DNA from: Mobula hypostoma
Lineage: Eukaryota
Length of the DNA stretch: 64,000 bases
Direction: 5' to 3'
Assembly (NCBI RefSeq): GCF_963921235.1
Contig: NC_086097.1
Span: forward strand, 171,742,001-171,806,000
Within the stretch, counting starts at the first letter, position 1. Each line of letters opens with the position of its first letter. The position numbers were made by a program, and so were the translations under genes. This document shows, one piece after another, positions 52,595 through 64,000 of this stretch. The notes beneath the pieces were generated by a model. It searched no databases. It saw only the letters and a program-made list of their open reading frames with translations, and was not told the DNA's origin.

Positions 52595-53025
52595 ATCATA
52601 GAGTTATACAGCCTCAGCTCAGTTTGTCCATGATGACCAAGTTGCCTGCCTGAGCCAGACTGATTTGACTGTATTTGGCCCATATACCTCCAAATGTTTC
52701 CTACCTATGAACCTGTCTAAATGCCTTTTAAATATTATAACTGTACCGGCCTCTACCACTTCTTCTGTCAAGAAATTCTACACATACACCACCTCCCTAT
52801 GAAAATCTTGTCCCACAGATTCCTTTTAAATCATTCATCTCTCACCTTAAACCTACCGTATGTCCTCTAGTTTTAAACTCCCATCATTTTACAAACCTTT
52901 ATAAGGTCACACTTGAGCCTCTTATGCTCCGGGGAACAAAATCCCCAGCCCATCCAATCTCTACTTACTTCTCTAGTTCTTCAGTCTCAGTAACATCCTT
53001 ATGAATCCCTTCTGAACCTTCTCGA
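52595..53025 (-). mobile_element. CR1 3' end
   Basis: LEKVQKGFIRML motif and CR1 3' UTR. Confidence 0.7.
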
Positions 53026-53299
53026 GTCTAATTCAAGATTCCAGATTCAAGATTTATTATTGAGCATGAGTGTAAAGGAGAACATCAGTACACAGGTGTA
53101 AATGAGAATAAAATGATTGTTACTTTAGTTGCAAAGCAGCATAAAAAACACAATAAATATAAATATAAAACCAATGCTATGAAGCACTATGTACAAGTAT
53201 CTGTTGGGTATGGTCATATATACATCTTTCCTAATTACTGGATAACCAGAACTTCACACAATTCTCCATATATGTTACGAAGCAGGTTCTGATACAGAA

Positions 53300-53640
53300 A
53301 GATAAAAAGCAGGTTATGTAAATTTGGAGAATTAGGTATTGAATCCAGAATGCTGAAATGTGTCCGAACAGAGGACGGGGTGCTCAAGCTTATGTTGTAC
53401 CTTATTGCAGCACTACAGGAGGACATGAAGAGGTTAGTGTGGAGTCGGATGGAGAATGACAATACCAGGCAATGTGAAGCTAGGGTCACTACTGTGCACT
53501 GAACACAGAACGTCAGCAAAGTGATCACCCAATCTGTGTTTGGTTTCTCCACTGCAATGTGAACTCTGAATGCGGTCCATGAGATTGGAAAAAGTGCAAG
53601 TGAATGTTGTTTCCCCTGAATGGAACATTTGAGTCTCAAA
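53300..53640 (-). mobile_element. Decayed Penelope GIY-YIG fragment
   Basis: FTCTFSNL..GETKHRLGDHFADVLCSV. Confidence 0.65.
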
Positions 53641-54669
53641 GAGTTGGAAAAGACATTTTAGCAGTGTGTGGGAAAATACCGTAACACAGGGAGGGGTTTG
53701 TAAAGAGGCAAGTGTAAAGCAGGCAGTTGTGAAGGGAGTGATCCTTCAAAACACTGAAATGGGAAGAGAATATGTGACTGGAGATCAAATCAAAATCAGA
53801 ATAAGAATGAGAATCAGGTTTATTATCATTTGTAAAATTTCTTGATTTGTGGCAGCAATAAAGAGCAGTACATAAAATTTACTTTCTTAGAATAAGAATG
53901 TCTTAAAAAAAATAAATAGTTCAAAAAGAGAGCAAATTAGTGACGTCCTGTTCTGTTTCCTCTCCTCTTTGTCTGCAGCTTAAAATGTGTTTCATATCTA
54001 ACTTTTCTTGGTTCAGATGAACAGTCGTGTACATGCAACACTAATACTCCTTCTCTCTGCACAGATCTTGCCCCCCCTCCCCGCTCTTCCTTTATTCCAA
54101 CGTAGAGTTTATTTGTGAGTAAGTGCAACTTGCTTGCTCTGTTAACGACAGCTCCTGTCACTTTGCTGATGATTGAGCATAAACTGATGGGGAGGTAATT
54201 AGTTCAATTGCCTCCTGATTTTAGTGAACTGGATAATCCTAGACAATTGTCCATATATTCTGGTTGATGACAGTGTTATAACAGTACTGGAACAGCTTGG
54301 CTAGGTGCCCAGGTCCACAGAACTAGAGCTGGGATGTTGCCTCATTCCATAGCTTTCAGTGGTTCTTGTATGTTGTCACTTTCTGAAATGGGTAAGATGA
54401 ATCAAACTGGCTTATTGATTGATAGAGAAAATGTGCCAGAGTCTTTACTTTCACAGGAGGTTAAGGGGGGGTTCAGCTTGTCACTGAAAACTTTAACAAA
54501 CTTCTAAAGATGTACTGTTAAAAAATTCCTGATGATTACACCATCGTTTGGCAATAGAATGCAGAGGAATCTAAGAAACTGTAGACAGCAGTTGTCTCTG
54601 TCCAATATTTTACGAGTACAACCTTCCCCACCATCAGTAGAATGTACAGGAGATGCTACTTTAAGAAAA

Positions 54670-55391
54670 ACACAAAAAATGCTGGAAGAACTCAGCTGGC
54701 CAGGAAGCATCAATGGAAAAAAATACAGTTGTCATTTCGGGCTGAGACCCTTCAGCAAAACTGGAGAAGAAAAGATGAGGGGTAGAGTTGATAGGTAGGG
54801 CAAGGGGTGGGAGAAACACAAGGTGATCGGTGAAAACCAGGAGGAGAAAGGGTGGAGTAAAGAGTTGGGAAGCTTATTTGATGAAAGAGATACAGGGCTG
54901 GAGAAGAAGGAGTCTGATAGGAGAGGACAGAAGGCCATGGAGGAAAGAAAAGGGGGGAGGAGGACAACCAGAGGGAGGCGATGGGCAGGTAAGGAGATAA
55001 GGTGAGAGAGTGCAAAGGGCATGGTGAATGGTGAAGGAGAGGGGGGCCATTACCAGAAGTTTGAAATTGATGTTCATGCCATCAGTTTGTAGTCTATCCA
55101 GATGGAAAATAAAATGTTGTTCCTCCAGACTGAGTGTAGCTTCATCACAACAGTGGATAGACATATTGGAATGGGAATGCGAAGTGGAATTAAAATGGGT
55201 GGCCACTGGGAGATCCCACTTTTTCTGGCGAACAGAGTTCAGGGTTTCAAACAGTCTTTCCAGATGAGGCAACCCTTCACCTGTGAGTCTGTTGGAGTCA
55301 TATACTGTGTCCAGTGCTCCCGGTGTGGCCTCCTGTATATCGGTAAGACCCGATGCAGGTTGGGGTACTGCTTCACCAAGCACCTAAGCTC
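54670..55391 (-). mobile_element. Penelope 3' part (GIY-YIG and pLTR) with the 5' segment inverted
   Basis: Minus: SVRQKKWDLPVATHFN..EEQHFIFHL; plus 55240-55391: FTCESVGVIYCVQCSRCGLLYIGKT. Confidence 0.9.
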
Positions 55392-57525
55392 AGAAAATTG
55401 GGTACTGCTGAACGTGAGTGTTATTTAAACTTCGTTCTGCCTAAGAACCTGGGTGACCTATTGTTTAACAAAACTGTCCAACAGCTAACAAGAATTTTAG
55501 GAGAGCAGTCTTCACTCTTCAGTGTTCAGTACCAATGCCTAAAACTCATTAAACATGATGCTAATGACTTCATCACATATGCTGGTGTCATCAATCACAA
55601 ATGTAATAAGTACAAGCTGGGCAACATGACTGAATCACAGTTCAAATGTCTGATTTTTATTTGCGACTTCAGTGATGCAGAAATTCACAAACGGCTGCTG
55701 GCCAAACTGGAGCCAGACCCTGATATGACTTTATAAGTCGTCACTCAAGACGGTCAATCAACCTGAAACACGATTTCAACCTGGTCAAACAGAACCATGT
55801 CAATGCAGTTTCTAGTGGCACAGACATCAACACTGAGCAGGTCTCCAAGCGGCAAACATCATGTTGGAACTGTGCTGTGATGCATTATGCAAGAATCTGG
55901 CAATACAAAAAACATATTTGCAACAAATGCCAATGCCATGGTCACAAAGAAGGCTTTTGCCATCCTTCACATTGTCTAAACCAGTGAAGCACAAGGAGAA
56001 GAAGTTTCCAAAGCCATCAAAATCTACAAATAATTTAATAGTCAAGTTCAAAGTTGACTGTGCTCCCAAGAAGAAGGTACGTCAATGAATTTATCAACAA
56101 TCAGTTGGTTAAGCTACAACTTGAATAAGCATCAGACATCACTATTGTCTCCAAACGCACATGGCGGGCACTTGGGTTCCCACCAGTCAAATCAACTCAT
56201 CACTCCGTCTGCAGTGTATCAGATGGAACCTTCCAGCTGACTGGCGAACTGCATTGCATGGTGAAACTGAACGGTCACCAAATCAAAGGTGTGTCTTACC
56301 TAACAGACCAACCAGATCTGAACGTCCTTGACAGTGACTGGATGGACAAGCTTGATCTTTGGAACAATAATCTGTACAAAGACATTGGCCATTCTAATCA
56401 TGTCATTCAATGCCGTACCAACATCCGTACATGTGGCCGTACAGTAACAACAGCAGCTGTGCTTTGCTGCAGTGTTTCTAAAAGGTTTAGGTTGCTGCAC
56501 CAAACTGCAAGCAGAAGTCCATCTCCAGCCAGATGCAGAGCCAGTCTTTTGTCCCAAAAGACCGGTAGCATATGCTGTCTTACCAGTCATGGAGCAAGAG
56601 CTAGATTGGTTGCAACAAGCTGTTGTAATCAAAGCTATCAACTACAGTGAGTTGTGCACAGACTTCTCAACCGGTCGCAATGTGGCTCTGGAGACACACC
56701 AGTACCCTCTACTGGTACCGGTCGATCTCTTCGCAAAATTGAATGGTGGTTGGTACTTTGTGAAGTTGCACTTAGCTGAAGTCTATCTCCAGGTAGATGT
56801 GGCAGAAAATTAACAAAAGCTTTTCACCATTTCAACACATAAGGGGTTGCTTTCCTTCCTCCCTCTTCCTTTCAGGGTAAAGGTGGCTCCTTCAGTTTTC
56901 CAACAGCTTATGAACACCATGGTATTGATGGTGTTGCCACTTACCTCAATGACAGTATTGTGATCAATTAGACTGAACTATGTCAATGCCTGGAGTATGT
57001 TTTGAATAAACTGCAAGACTTTAGATTATGACTTCAGGCAGAAAAATGTAGCTTCATGATGTCTTCAATCAAGTATCTGGGATTCATCATAGATGAGCAG
57101 GGTCATTGCCCAGATTCCAAAACCATCACTGCTATTTTGAAGATGCCTCCACCATCAGATGTCAGCACTTTATGATCATTTTGGGCATGACCAGTCATTA
57201 TTTAGCATTTCTTTCATCAACACCCTGGCTGAGGGAACCACTCAATACCCTGCTCAACAAGAGTTCCACGTGGAAATGGTCCAAATAATGGCAAGAGGCT
57301 TTTGATCAAGTGAGGAATATGTTGTCATCTGACCTTCTCTGGACACATTTCAACATAGAGTTGCTAATCTCCATCACAACGGATGTGTCCGATGACAGGG
57401 TAGGAGCTATTATATGATATGTCTTTTCTGATGGTCCTGAAAAAACTGTTATGCATGCGGCCAGATCACTGACCGCAGCAGAAAGGAACTATGGATAAAT
57501 CAAGAAGGAAGCCTTGGCAATTAAA
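55392..57525 (+). mobile_element. Gypsy (Mag/K02A2.6-like) gag-pol, decayed
   Basis: LRKLGTAERE..QFKCLIFIC gag; PVFCPKRPVAYA, HQYPL, IKYLGFII, ERNYG*IKKEALAI. Confidence 0.85.
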
Positions 57526-59684
57526 TAGTCATGCTTTGGGATATACAGTTGAGTTTTGAGCTTGAGATTTTTTAGTTGCATGGTTTCAGTGAATAGAGGA
57601 GTAATTCAAGTTCTGGCATTGTCCTATCTCCTGGCTTTGGCTCTCATTAGTAGTTAAAGCTGAGTGAATACAACAGAAATATACTGTATCACCATTCCTT
57701 CACTGTCGCTGGGTCTACATCCTGGAAGCCTCTCCCTGACAGCATTATCAATGTTGCCACACCTCAAAGACAGCAGCAGTTCAGGAGGACAGGTTATCAT
57801 GACCTTTTCAAGGCCAATTAAGGATGGACAATTAATGCTGGCTCAGCCTGCAAAGCCCACATCCCCTGAATGATTAAAAAAAAGAGATAATTTCTGACTC
57901 TAGAAAACTCATGATAGTATGCTTACTATCCACTTCCTGGTGAAGGGCTGTCTTCAGCAATGGTGCATACTATCAAATGAACCTGTAACCTCAGCAAAAT
58001 CACAGAAATCTACTGAAGGAGACCTTTTGGACCATTGCATCCACATATGCCCAATCAACATCATTCATTCAATTACCTATCAGCCTACTCTCAATCATCT
58101 GCAAAGTGACAGAAACTGCCATCAGCAGTGCAAACAAGTAGTACTCACAATTAAATTGCTCATTGAAGTAAAATATACAAAAAAAAACAGCAGATCAAGC
58201 AGCAGCTGTGGAGAGAGAAACAAATAACACCAGGTCAATGATCTTTCATTAATTAAAAAGGAAACAACCCTCAGAGTTGTGGAAATGAGTAAAAGATAAA
58301 GCGAATTAAGGAATTGTCCGTCTCCTGGTGATGATGGAGCTTACTGAGAGACAGTAGTGAAGGCTTATTAAATGCAAATGCTTTTCATACCTGTTTCCCG
58401 ATGCTCAGTTGGGTTTTGCCAGGACCACTTGTCTCAAAATTCATTACAGTTTTGGTCCAAATAAGCTGTCAGAGGAGGTGGTAGAGGAAGATACAAATAC
58501 AATATTTATAACACACTTGGACATGCATTTTGATAGGAAAACCTCTTTTTATGTTGTACTGCTATGTGTTCTATGCAATAGGCATCGTATTTAATAATAT
58601 ACAATATAGTACTATATATATATATTTTACACTCGCTCTGCCCCCGACACTCTTGAATTTCTGGGATACTGCTAGTGTCTTCCACAGTGAAGATGGATGC
58701 AAATTACATATATATTATAACGGAATGCCAGAAATTCAAGAGTGTCAGGGGGCAGAAGTGAGTGTATTTGCTATCACTAAGAAGAATGCACTTGGAAAGC
58801 TAAAAAGTCTGAAGGTAGCTAAATCAACTGGACCAGATGGATTACACACTGGGGTTCTAAAAGAGGTAGCTGAAGAGATTGTGGAGGCATTAGTAGGAAT
58901 CTTTCAAGAAACACTAAATTCTGGAATGGTTCCAGGGGACTGGAAAATTGCAAATGTCATTCGACTTTAAGAGGGGAGGGAGGCAGAGAAAGAAAATGAT
59001 AGGCCAGTTAGCCTGACTTCAGTGGTTGGGAAGGCATTGAAGTCCATTTTTAAGGATGTGGTTTCAGGGTACTTGGAGGCACATGATAAATTAGGCCAAA
59101 GTCAGTATGGTTTCATTAAGGGAACATCTTGCCTGACAAACCTGTTGGAATTCCTTGAGGGAATAACAGGTAGGATAGACAAAGGAAAGTCAGTAGATGG
59201 TGTTTTACTTCAATTTTCAGAAGGCCGTTGACCAGGTGCTGCACGTGAGGCTGCTTAACAAGACGAGAACCCATGGTATTACAAGAAATATACTAGCATA
59301 GATAGAAGATTGGCTGATTGGCAGGAGGCAAAGAATGGGGATAAAGGGGGCCTATTCTGGTTGGCTATCAATAACGTGGTGTTCCATAGGGGTCTGTATT
59401 GGAACTGCTTCTTTTCACATTATGTCAAAAATTTGGATGACAGAATTGATGGCATTGTGGCCAGGTTTGTGGACGGGATGAAGATAGTTGTAGAGGCAAG
59501 TAGTGTTGGGGAAGCAGGGAGGGTGCAACAGGACTTGGACAGATCGGAGAATAGGCAAAGAAGTAACAGATGGAACATAGTGTAAGGAAATGTAGAGGGA
59601 GTAAATATGTGGACTATTTTCTAAACGAGGAGGAAGTTTAAAAATCAGAGGTGCAAAGGGACTTGGGAGTCCTTCTGCAAGATT

Positions 59685-59826
59685 TCTATAGGGATCAGGG
59701 GGTATGGAGGGAAGGCTGGTACAGGGTTCTGAGTTGGATGATCAGCCATGATCATACTGAATGGTGGTGCAGGCTCGAAGGGCCAAATGGCCTACTCCTG
59801 CACCTATTTTCTATGTTTCTATGTTT
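59685..59826 (+). mobile_element. Young CR1 3' end
   Basis: TSD AAGATT at 59679-59684 and 59827-59832; near-identical to the 3' part of 151-430. Confidence 0.9.
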
Positions 59827-60244
59827 AAGATTCCTTAAAGGTTAACTTGCAAGTTCAGTCAGTGGTAAGGAAGCCAAATGCAATCGTTGCATTTATTTCA
59901 AGAGGACTAAAATATAAGATCAAAGAAGACCAAAGCTGAGGCTTTATAACAAAATGGTCAGACTGCACAGAGCATTGTCAGCAGTTTTACACTCCTTATC
60001 TAAGAAAAGATGTGCTGACATTGAAGACGGTCTGAAGAAAGTTCACGAGAATGATTCAGGGAATGAAGGAGTTAATATATGAGGAGCATTTGATGGCTCA
60101 GGGCCTGCACTCACTGGAGTTTAGAAGAATGAGGGGGAAATCATTGAAACCTATTGAATATTGAAAGACCTAGACAGAGCAGATGTGAAGAAGATGTTTC
60201 CTATAGTGGATGAGTCTTGGACCAGAGAGCACATACTCAGATTA

Positions 60245-63200
60245 ATTAGTTAGTTAGTTACTGCCTGTTACACCACTGGCATTTAGGGCAACAATGGAGA
60301 GTCTCCTTCTCTGTCTATCCTTGGCCCTCTTTGCTATTGTGCCCCACGTGTGCTTCTGGCTCCTCTTTTCTGGCTCTACTGTATGGTCTTTGGTCTCCCG
60401 CATTTTCTCTATCCTGCAGGGGTCCAGTGAAATGGAGTCTTGATGATGGAGTTGGCCTCTCCTTACCAGGTGCCCAATCCATCTCCAACATTTCCTCATG
60501 ATGATTGTGGCCATGTCTTCTTGGTGACACTGTAGGAATAGGGCATGGTTGGAGTTCTTCCTTGGCCAAAAAGTACGAAGGATCTTCCGGAAGCTCATTG
60601 TGTGGAGTGACGACAGCTTGGCAAGGTCACTCTCTGTCATGCACCTGCATTCTGACCCATACAAGAGTGTGGACAGAACACAGCTTTGGTACAGCTTCAC
60701 CTTTGTGTGGATGCTGTACTTGGTTGATCACCATATGTTGCTCATTGATCTGAAGACATTCCTAGCTTTACTGAGTCTGCAACGGATGTCATCCTTGGTC
60801 CCACATCTTGCTGAGTGATACTGCCCAGGTAGGTGTATCTGTCAGTGCTGGGTAAGCCAACACAATATGCCTTGATGGGAGGAGGAGACTCTACATTGTG
60901 GGTCATGGTCTCATTCTTTCTCTGGCTGACTCTGAGTTCAACCTGTCCACCAAAGTTACACAGGCACTGAGTTTTCTCTTAAGTGTGCTAGCATTTATGT
61001 AACAGTAATGCAAAGTCATCCGCAAAGTCAAGGTCTTCTAAAGTAGAGAAAAGGGTCCACCTAATGTCTCTCTGCTTTTCTTTTGCTGTTTGGCTCATAA
61101 CCCCGTCAATCACCAGGTTAAATGATGTCACAGACATCACACAGTCTTGCTGGACTGCTGTCTTGACTTTAAAGTTCAAATTGCAGTCTCGAACTGTGCA
61201 GGTGAAGTTAGCACAGACACTTTAGGTAAGGTGATAATTTTGGAAGGGATCCCGTATGACGTGAGAATTCGCCAGCGGCTCTCCATGTGGATGCTATCAA
61301 AAGCCTTTTCAATGGCCAGGAAACTCACACACAGTTGTCTCTGCCAGTCTGTGCACTGTTCCATGATGTTGTGAAGATCTGGTTGACACAGCCTCTGTTT
61401 CTCCTGAAGCCAGCTTGCTCTTTCCTCAAGCACACATCAACAGCATCGGTAATCTGTTGGATAATGACTTTGGCAAGAATCTTGCTGGGCACTGACAAAA
61501 GTGTGATACTACACCAGTTGTTCTAATCACTTAGTGCTCCTTTCTTGGAGATCTAACAATAACCCTCTTTGTCCAGTTCTTGGGTAATTGTCTCCATTCC
61601 CAGATTAAAGTAAACAGTGTTTACAGGATGACTGCTGCAATTTTGGTTCAGCTTTGAATGGTTTGGCATTCAAATTGTCCTGTCCTCGAGCTTTGCTGTT
61701 CTTTAATGATTTACTTGCAGCAACAATCTCTTTTTTTCTTGGGTGGATCTGTGTTGATGTCAATGTCCTCAGCTGCCTTTTGTATGTCAGGTTCTTCACT
61801 TGGTGGTGGTCTATTCAGTAATTCTCTGAAATACTCTGTCCATTGAGCTTCTTGTTCTTTCTCAGTTGTTAAAAACAGACTGTTCTTATCTCTCACAGGA
61901 CCACTGGAACTTTCCAACACCAATTTTGAAATCTTATATATATTTCCCTGATCATCTCAAATGGCTGCTGCTTCTGCCTCTTCATCAAGGTCTTCCTTGT
62001 AGAATCTCTTATCATTTCTTACAGGTCTTTTCACTTTCTTGTTAGCTTCAGTATACGATAGTTGAAGTTTCTCCTTGATTCATGTTGACTTCGCACTTAA
62101 CACTTTCTTCTTAATTTTCTGTCTTTTGTCTAAGGTAGTCCATGTTTCCTGCTGTATCCATTCTTTGTTGTTCTTTGCAGCTCTGTAACCTACACAAGCC
62201 CCACTAATCTCCTTGAAGATTCAGGTAATTCATTTCCACATTATTTCAATTCTACCTACTGACACATCCTCATCAAGGTTCTGCAAGGCCCAGGATGTGT
62301 TCTTCAGCTGAATGGTGAAGACAGATCTCACACTGGTGTCCTTCAGCTTTTCAACATCAAATCATCTTCGTACATGTGTTCTTGTCCCAGTGCTTCTCAA
62401 CTTGAGTTTCATAACTGCTACAACAATGTGGTGATCACTTCCTGTACTTGTTCTCCTCTTCTTTCACCCTTACACCCTACAAGAATCGTCTCTGTGTACC
62501 ATTGATCATTATATGGTCAAACTGGTTCTTGTCACATCCATTGGGTGAGCATCATGTCAGCTTGTGGATTTGATAGTGTGGAAAGCGTGTCCCTCCTATG
62601 ACCAGATTTTTCAATGCACAGAATTCCACCGGTCTTTCACCATTGTTATTCATCGCTCCACATCCATGTGTGCCCATGACCCAAGTGAAGTAGGAGTTGT
62701 TACTTCCCACTTTGGGGTTTAGATCTCCCATGACGATGATTATGTCCTGGTATGGTGTTACCTCCAATTGCAGCTGTTTGTGGAAAATGTCCTTTTCTTC
62801 AAGGTCATTATTGTTAGTTTGAGCATAGCACTGGATCACAGTCACACTCACTTGCTTCCCTTTCACTCTGACTCTCATCTGCCTACTATTGATTGGTTTC
62901 CACTCCAGCAAGCACTTCTCAATGTCTTTCTTCAAAATGACAGCTAATCCACCATGATGCTGACCATCTTCCCTTCCTGAGTATAAAACTGTTTCACCAG
63001 TTGCTGCCTTTAGTCTGCCAGATCCTGTCCATCTGCTTTCACTGATGCCAGTATACAGTATGTAGGTTGTAACGACACATTTCTGCAATTATTTGTGCTT
63101 GTTGGACATGGTTCATACATTCCAAAAAACAACTTTGGTCTTAATCTTAGCAGTGTTCATGGCTTCCTTCCTCGTGCCAGTAGCTTCCTCTCGATTTTCA

Positions 63201-63502
63201 CTACTGTCAATCATGCAAGTCCCAGGAAGAAGCTCTGGAATACCATCACACACAGATAAAGGATTCTTCATTGTTGTTCCTATGACAATTTTTTTGAAAA
63301 TCAGAGTTCTTAGCCCAGAGCTGAACCCCTGTACCTGGAGGAGTGGTGGACCACTCTTAGTCTGGCATCTACCCTTGTTTTGCATAGGTGACCCTACAAA
63401 GAGCTAAAACACAAGGCACTGACTCTGGCCAACATAGCTCTCTGGGTCATCGAAGCACACAAGCCTTCAAACCCTATGACAAGGCTGTGGTCCTCTTGGA
63501 GG
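60245..63502 (-). mobile_element. Full-length RTE-clade LINE, decayed
   Basis: WNV, GISESRWTGSG, IQCYAQT, MGDLN, EKAFDS, DLDFADD, YGSEC, WRWIGH; (TAAC)n tail; TSD core CTCAGATTA at 60236-60244 and 63508-63516. Confidence 0.93.
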
Positions 63503-64000
63503 ACAGCCTCAGATTAGATGGATGTCTATTTAGAATTGAGATAGGAAGGAACTTCTTTAGCCAGAGGGTGGTAAATCTGAGATATTCATTGCAACGGATG
63601 CAGAGGAGGCCATGTCATGGAGTATATTTAAAGCAGAAGTTATAGGTTCTTGGTTGGTCAGGTTGCCAAAGATTATGGGGAGAAAGCAGGAGAATGGAGT
63701 TAAGAGGGACAATAAATCAATCCTGATGGAATGGCGGAGCAGTGTTGATTTGCCAAGTGGCCTGATTCTGCTTCTATGTCTTACAGTCTTATACAGGAAT
63801 TATATTACAAATGTATATGTAGGAGCATGTGATTGTTATATTTGCAAGAATGTTATAGTGAGTATAAATAAAAATTAAATAAACTGTTGGTAAATTGGTT
63901 TATTTTTAAGACGTACTGAGATACAGTGAAAAACTTTGTTTTGCAACCTGTTCATACAGATCATATTATCACATCAGTACATCAAAGCAGTAAAAGGAAA

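Larger units (their letters stand above)
58628..63790 (+). mobile_element. CR1 (58628-60244 and 63503-63790) with a 5' inversion, hosting a young CR1 end and an RTE
   Basis: GPDGLHTGVLKEVAEEI, SCLTNLLEF; resumes RNFFSQRVVNL after the RTE. Confidence 0.9.

Noticed and set aside
58530..58970. 146-aa ORF with a hydrophobic N-terminus
   Set aside because: Chance read-through from AT-rich flank across the inverted segment into CR1 ORF2

Overview
Vertebrate non-genic or deep-intronic DNA. The repeat set (CR1, Rex1/Babar, V-SINE, Penelope) suggests a cartilaginous fish, probably a ray; this is inference from family resemblance, not a database hit. No intact host gene, rRNA, functional tRNA or CRISPR array is supported, and nearly all ORFs in the track are decayed transposon frames or antisense shadows. 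The window is a nested transposon graveyard. It holds many CR1 and Rex1 LINE pieces, two L2 ends, a full-length RTE LINE (60245-63502), three decayed Gypsy elements, two solo LTRs, a full-length IR/DR Tc1 (46543-48165), a deleted hAT with an 8-bp TSD, a 69-bp hAT MITE and V-SINEs. The most interesting signals are: (1) Penelope-derived inserts carrying minimal hammerhead ribozyme cores, one apparently intact (14353-14390); (2) a 359-bp double-hammerhead palindrome; (3) a recurring Penelope breakpoint with the terminal ~40 nt flipped; (4) 5'-inverted, twin-priming-like insertions in three unrelated families; (5) a local inverted templated copy of a CR1 segment. Boundaries were read by eye and are approximate unless a TSD is cited.
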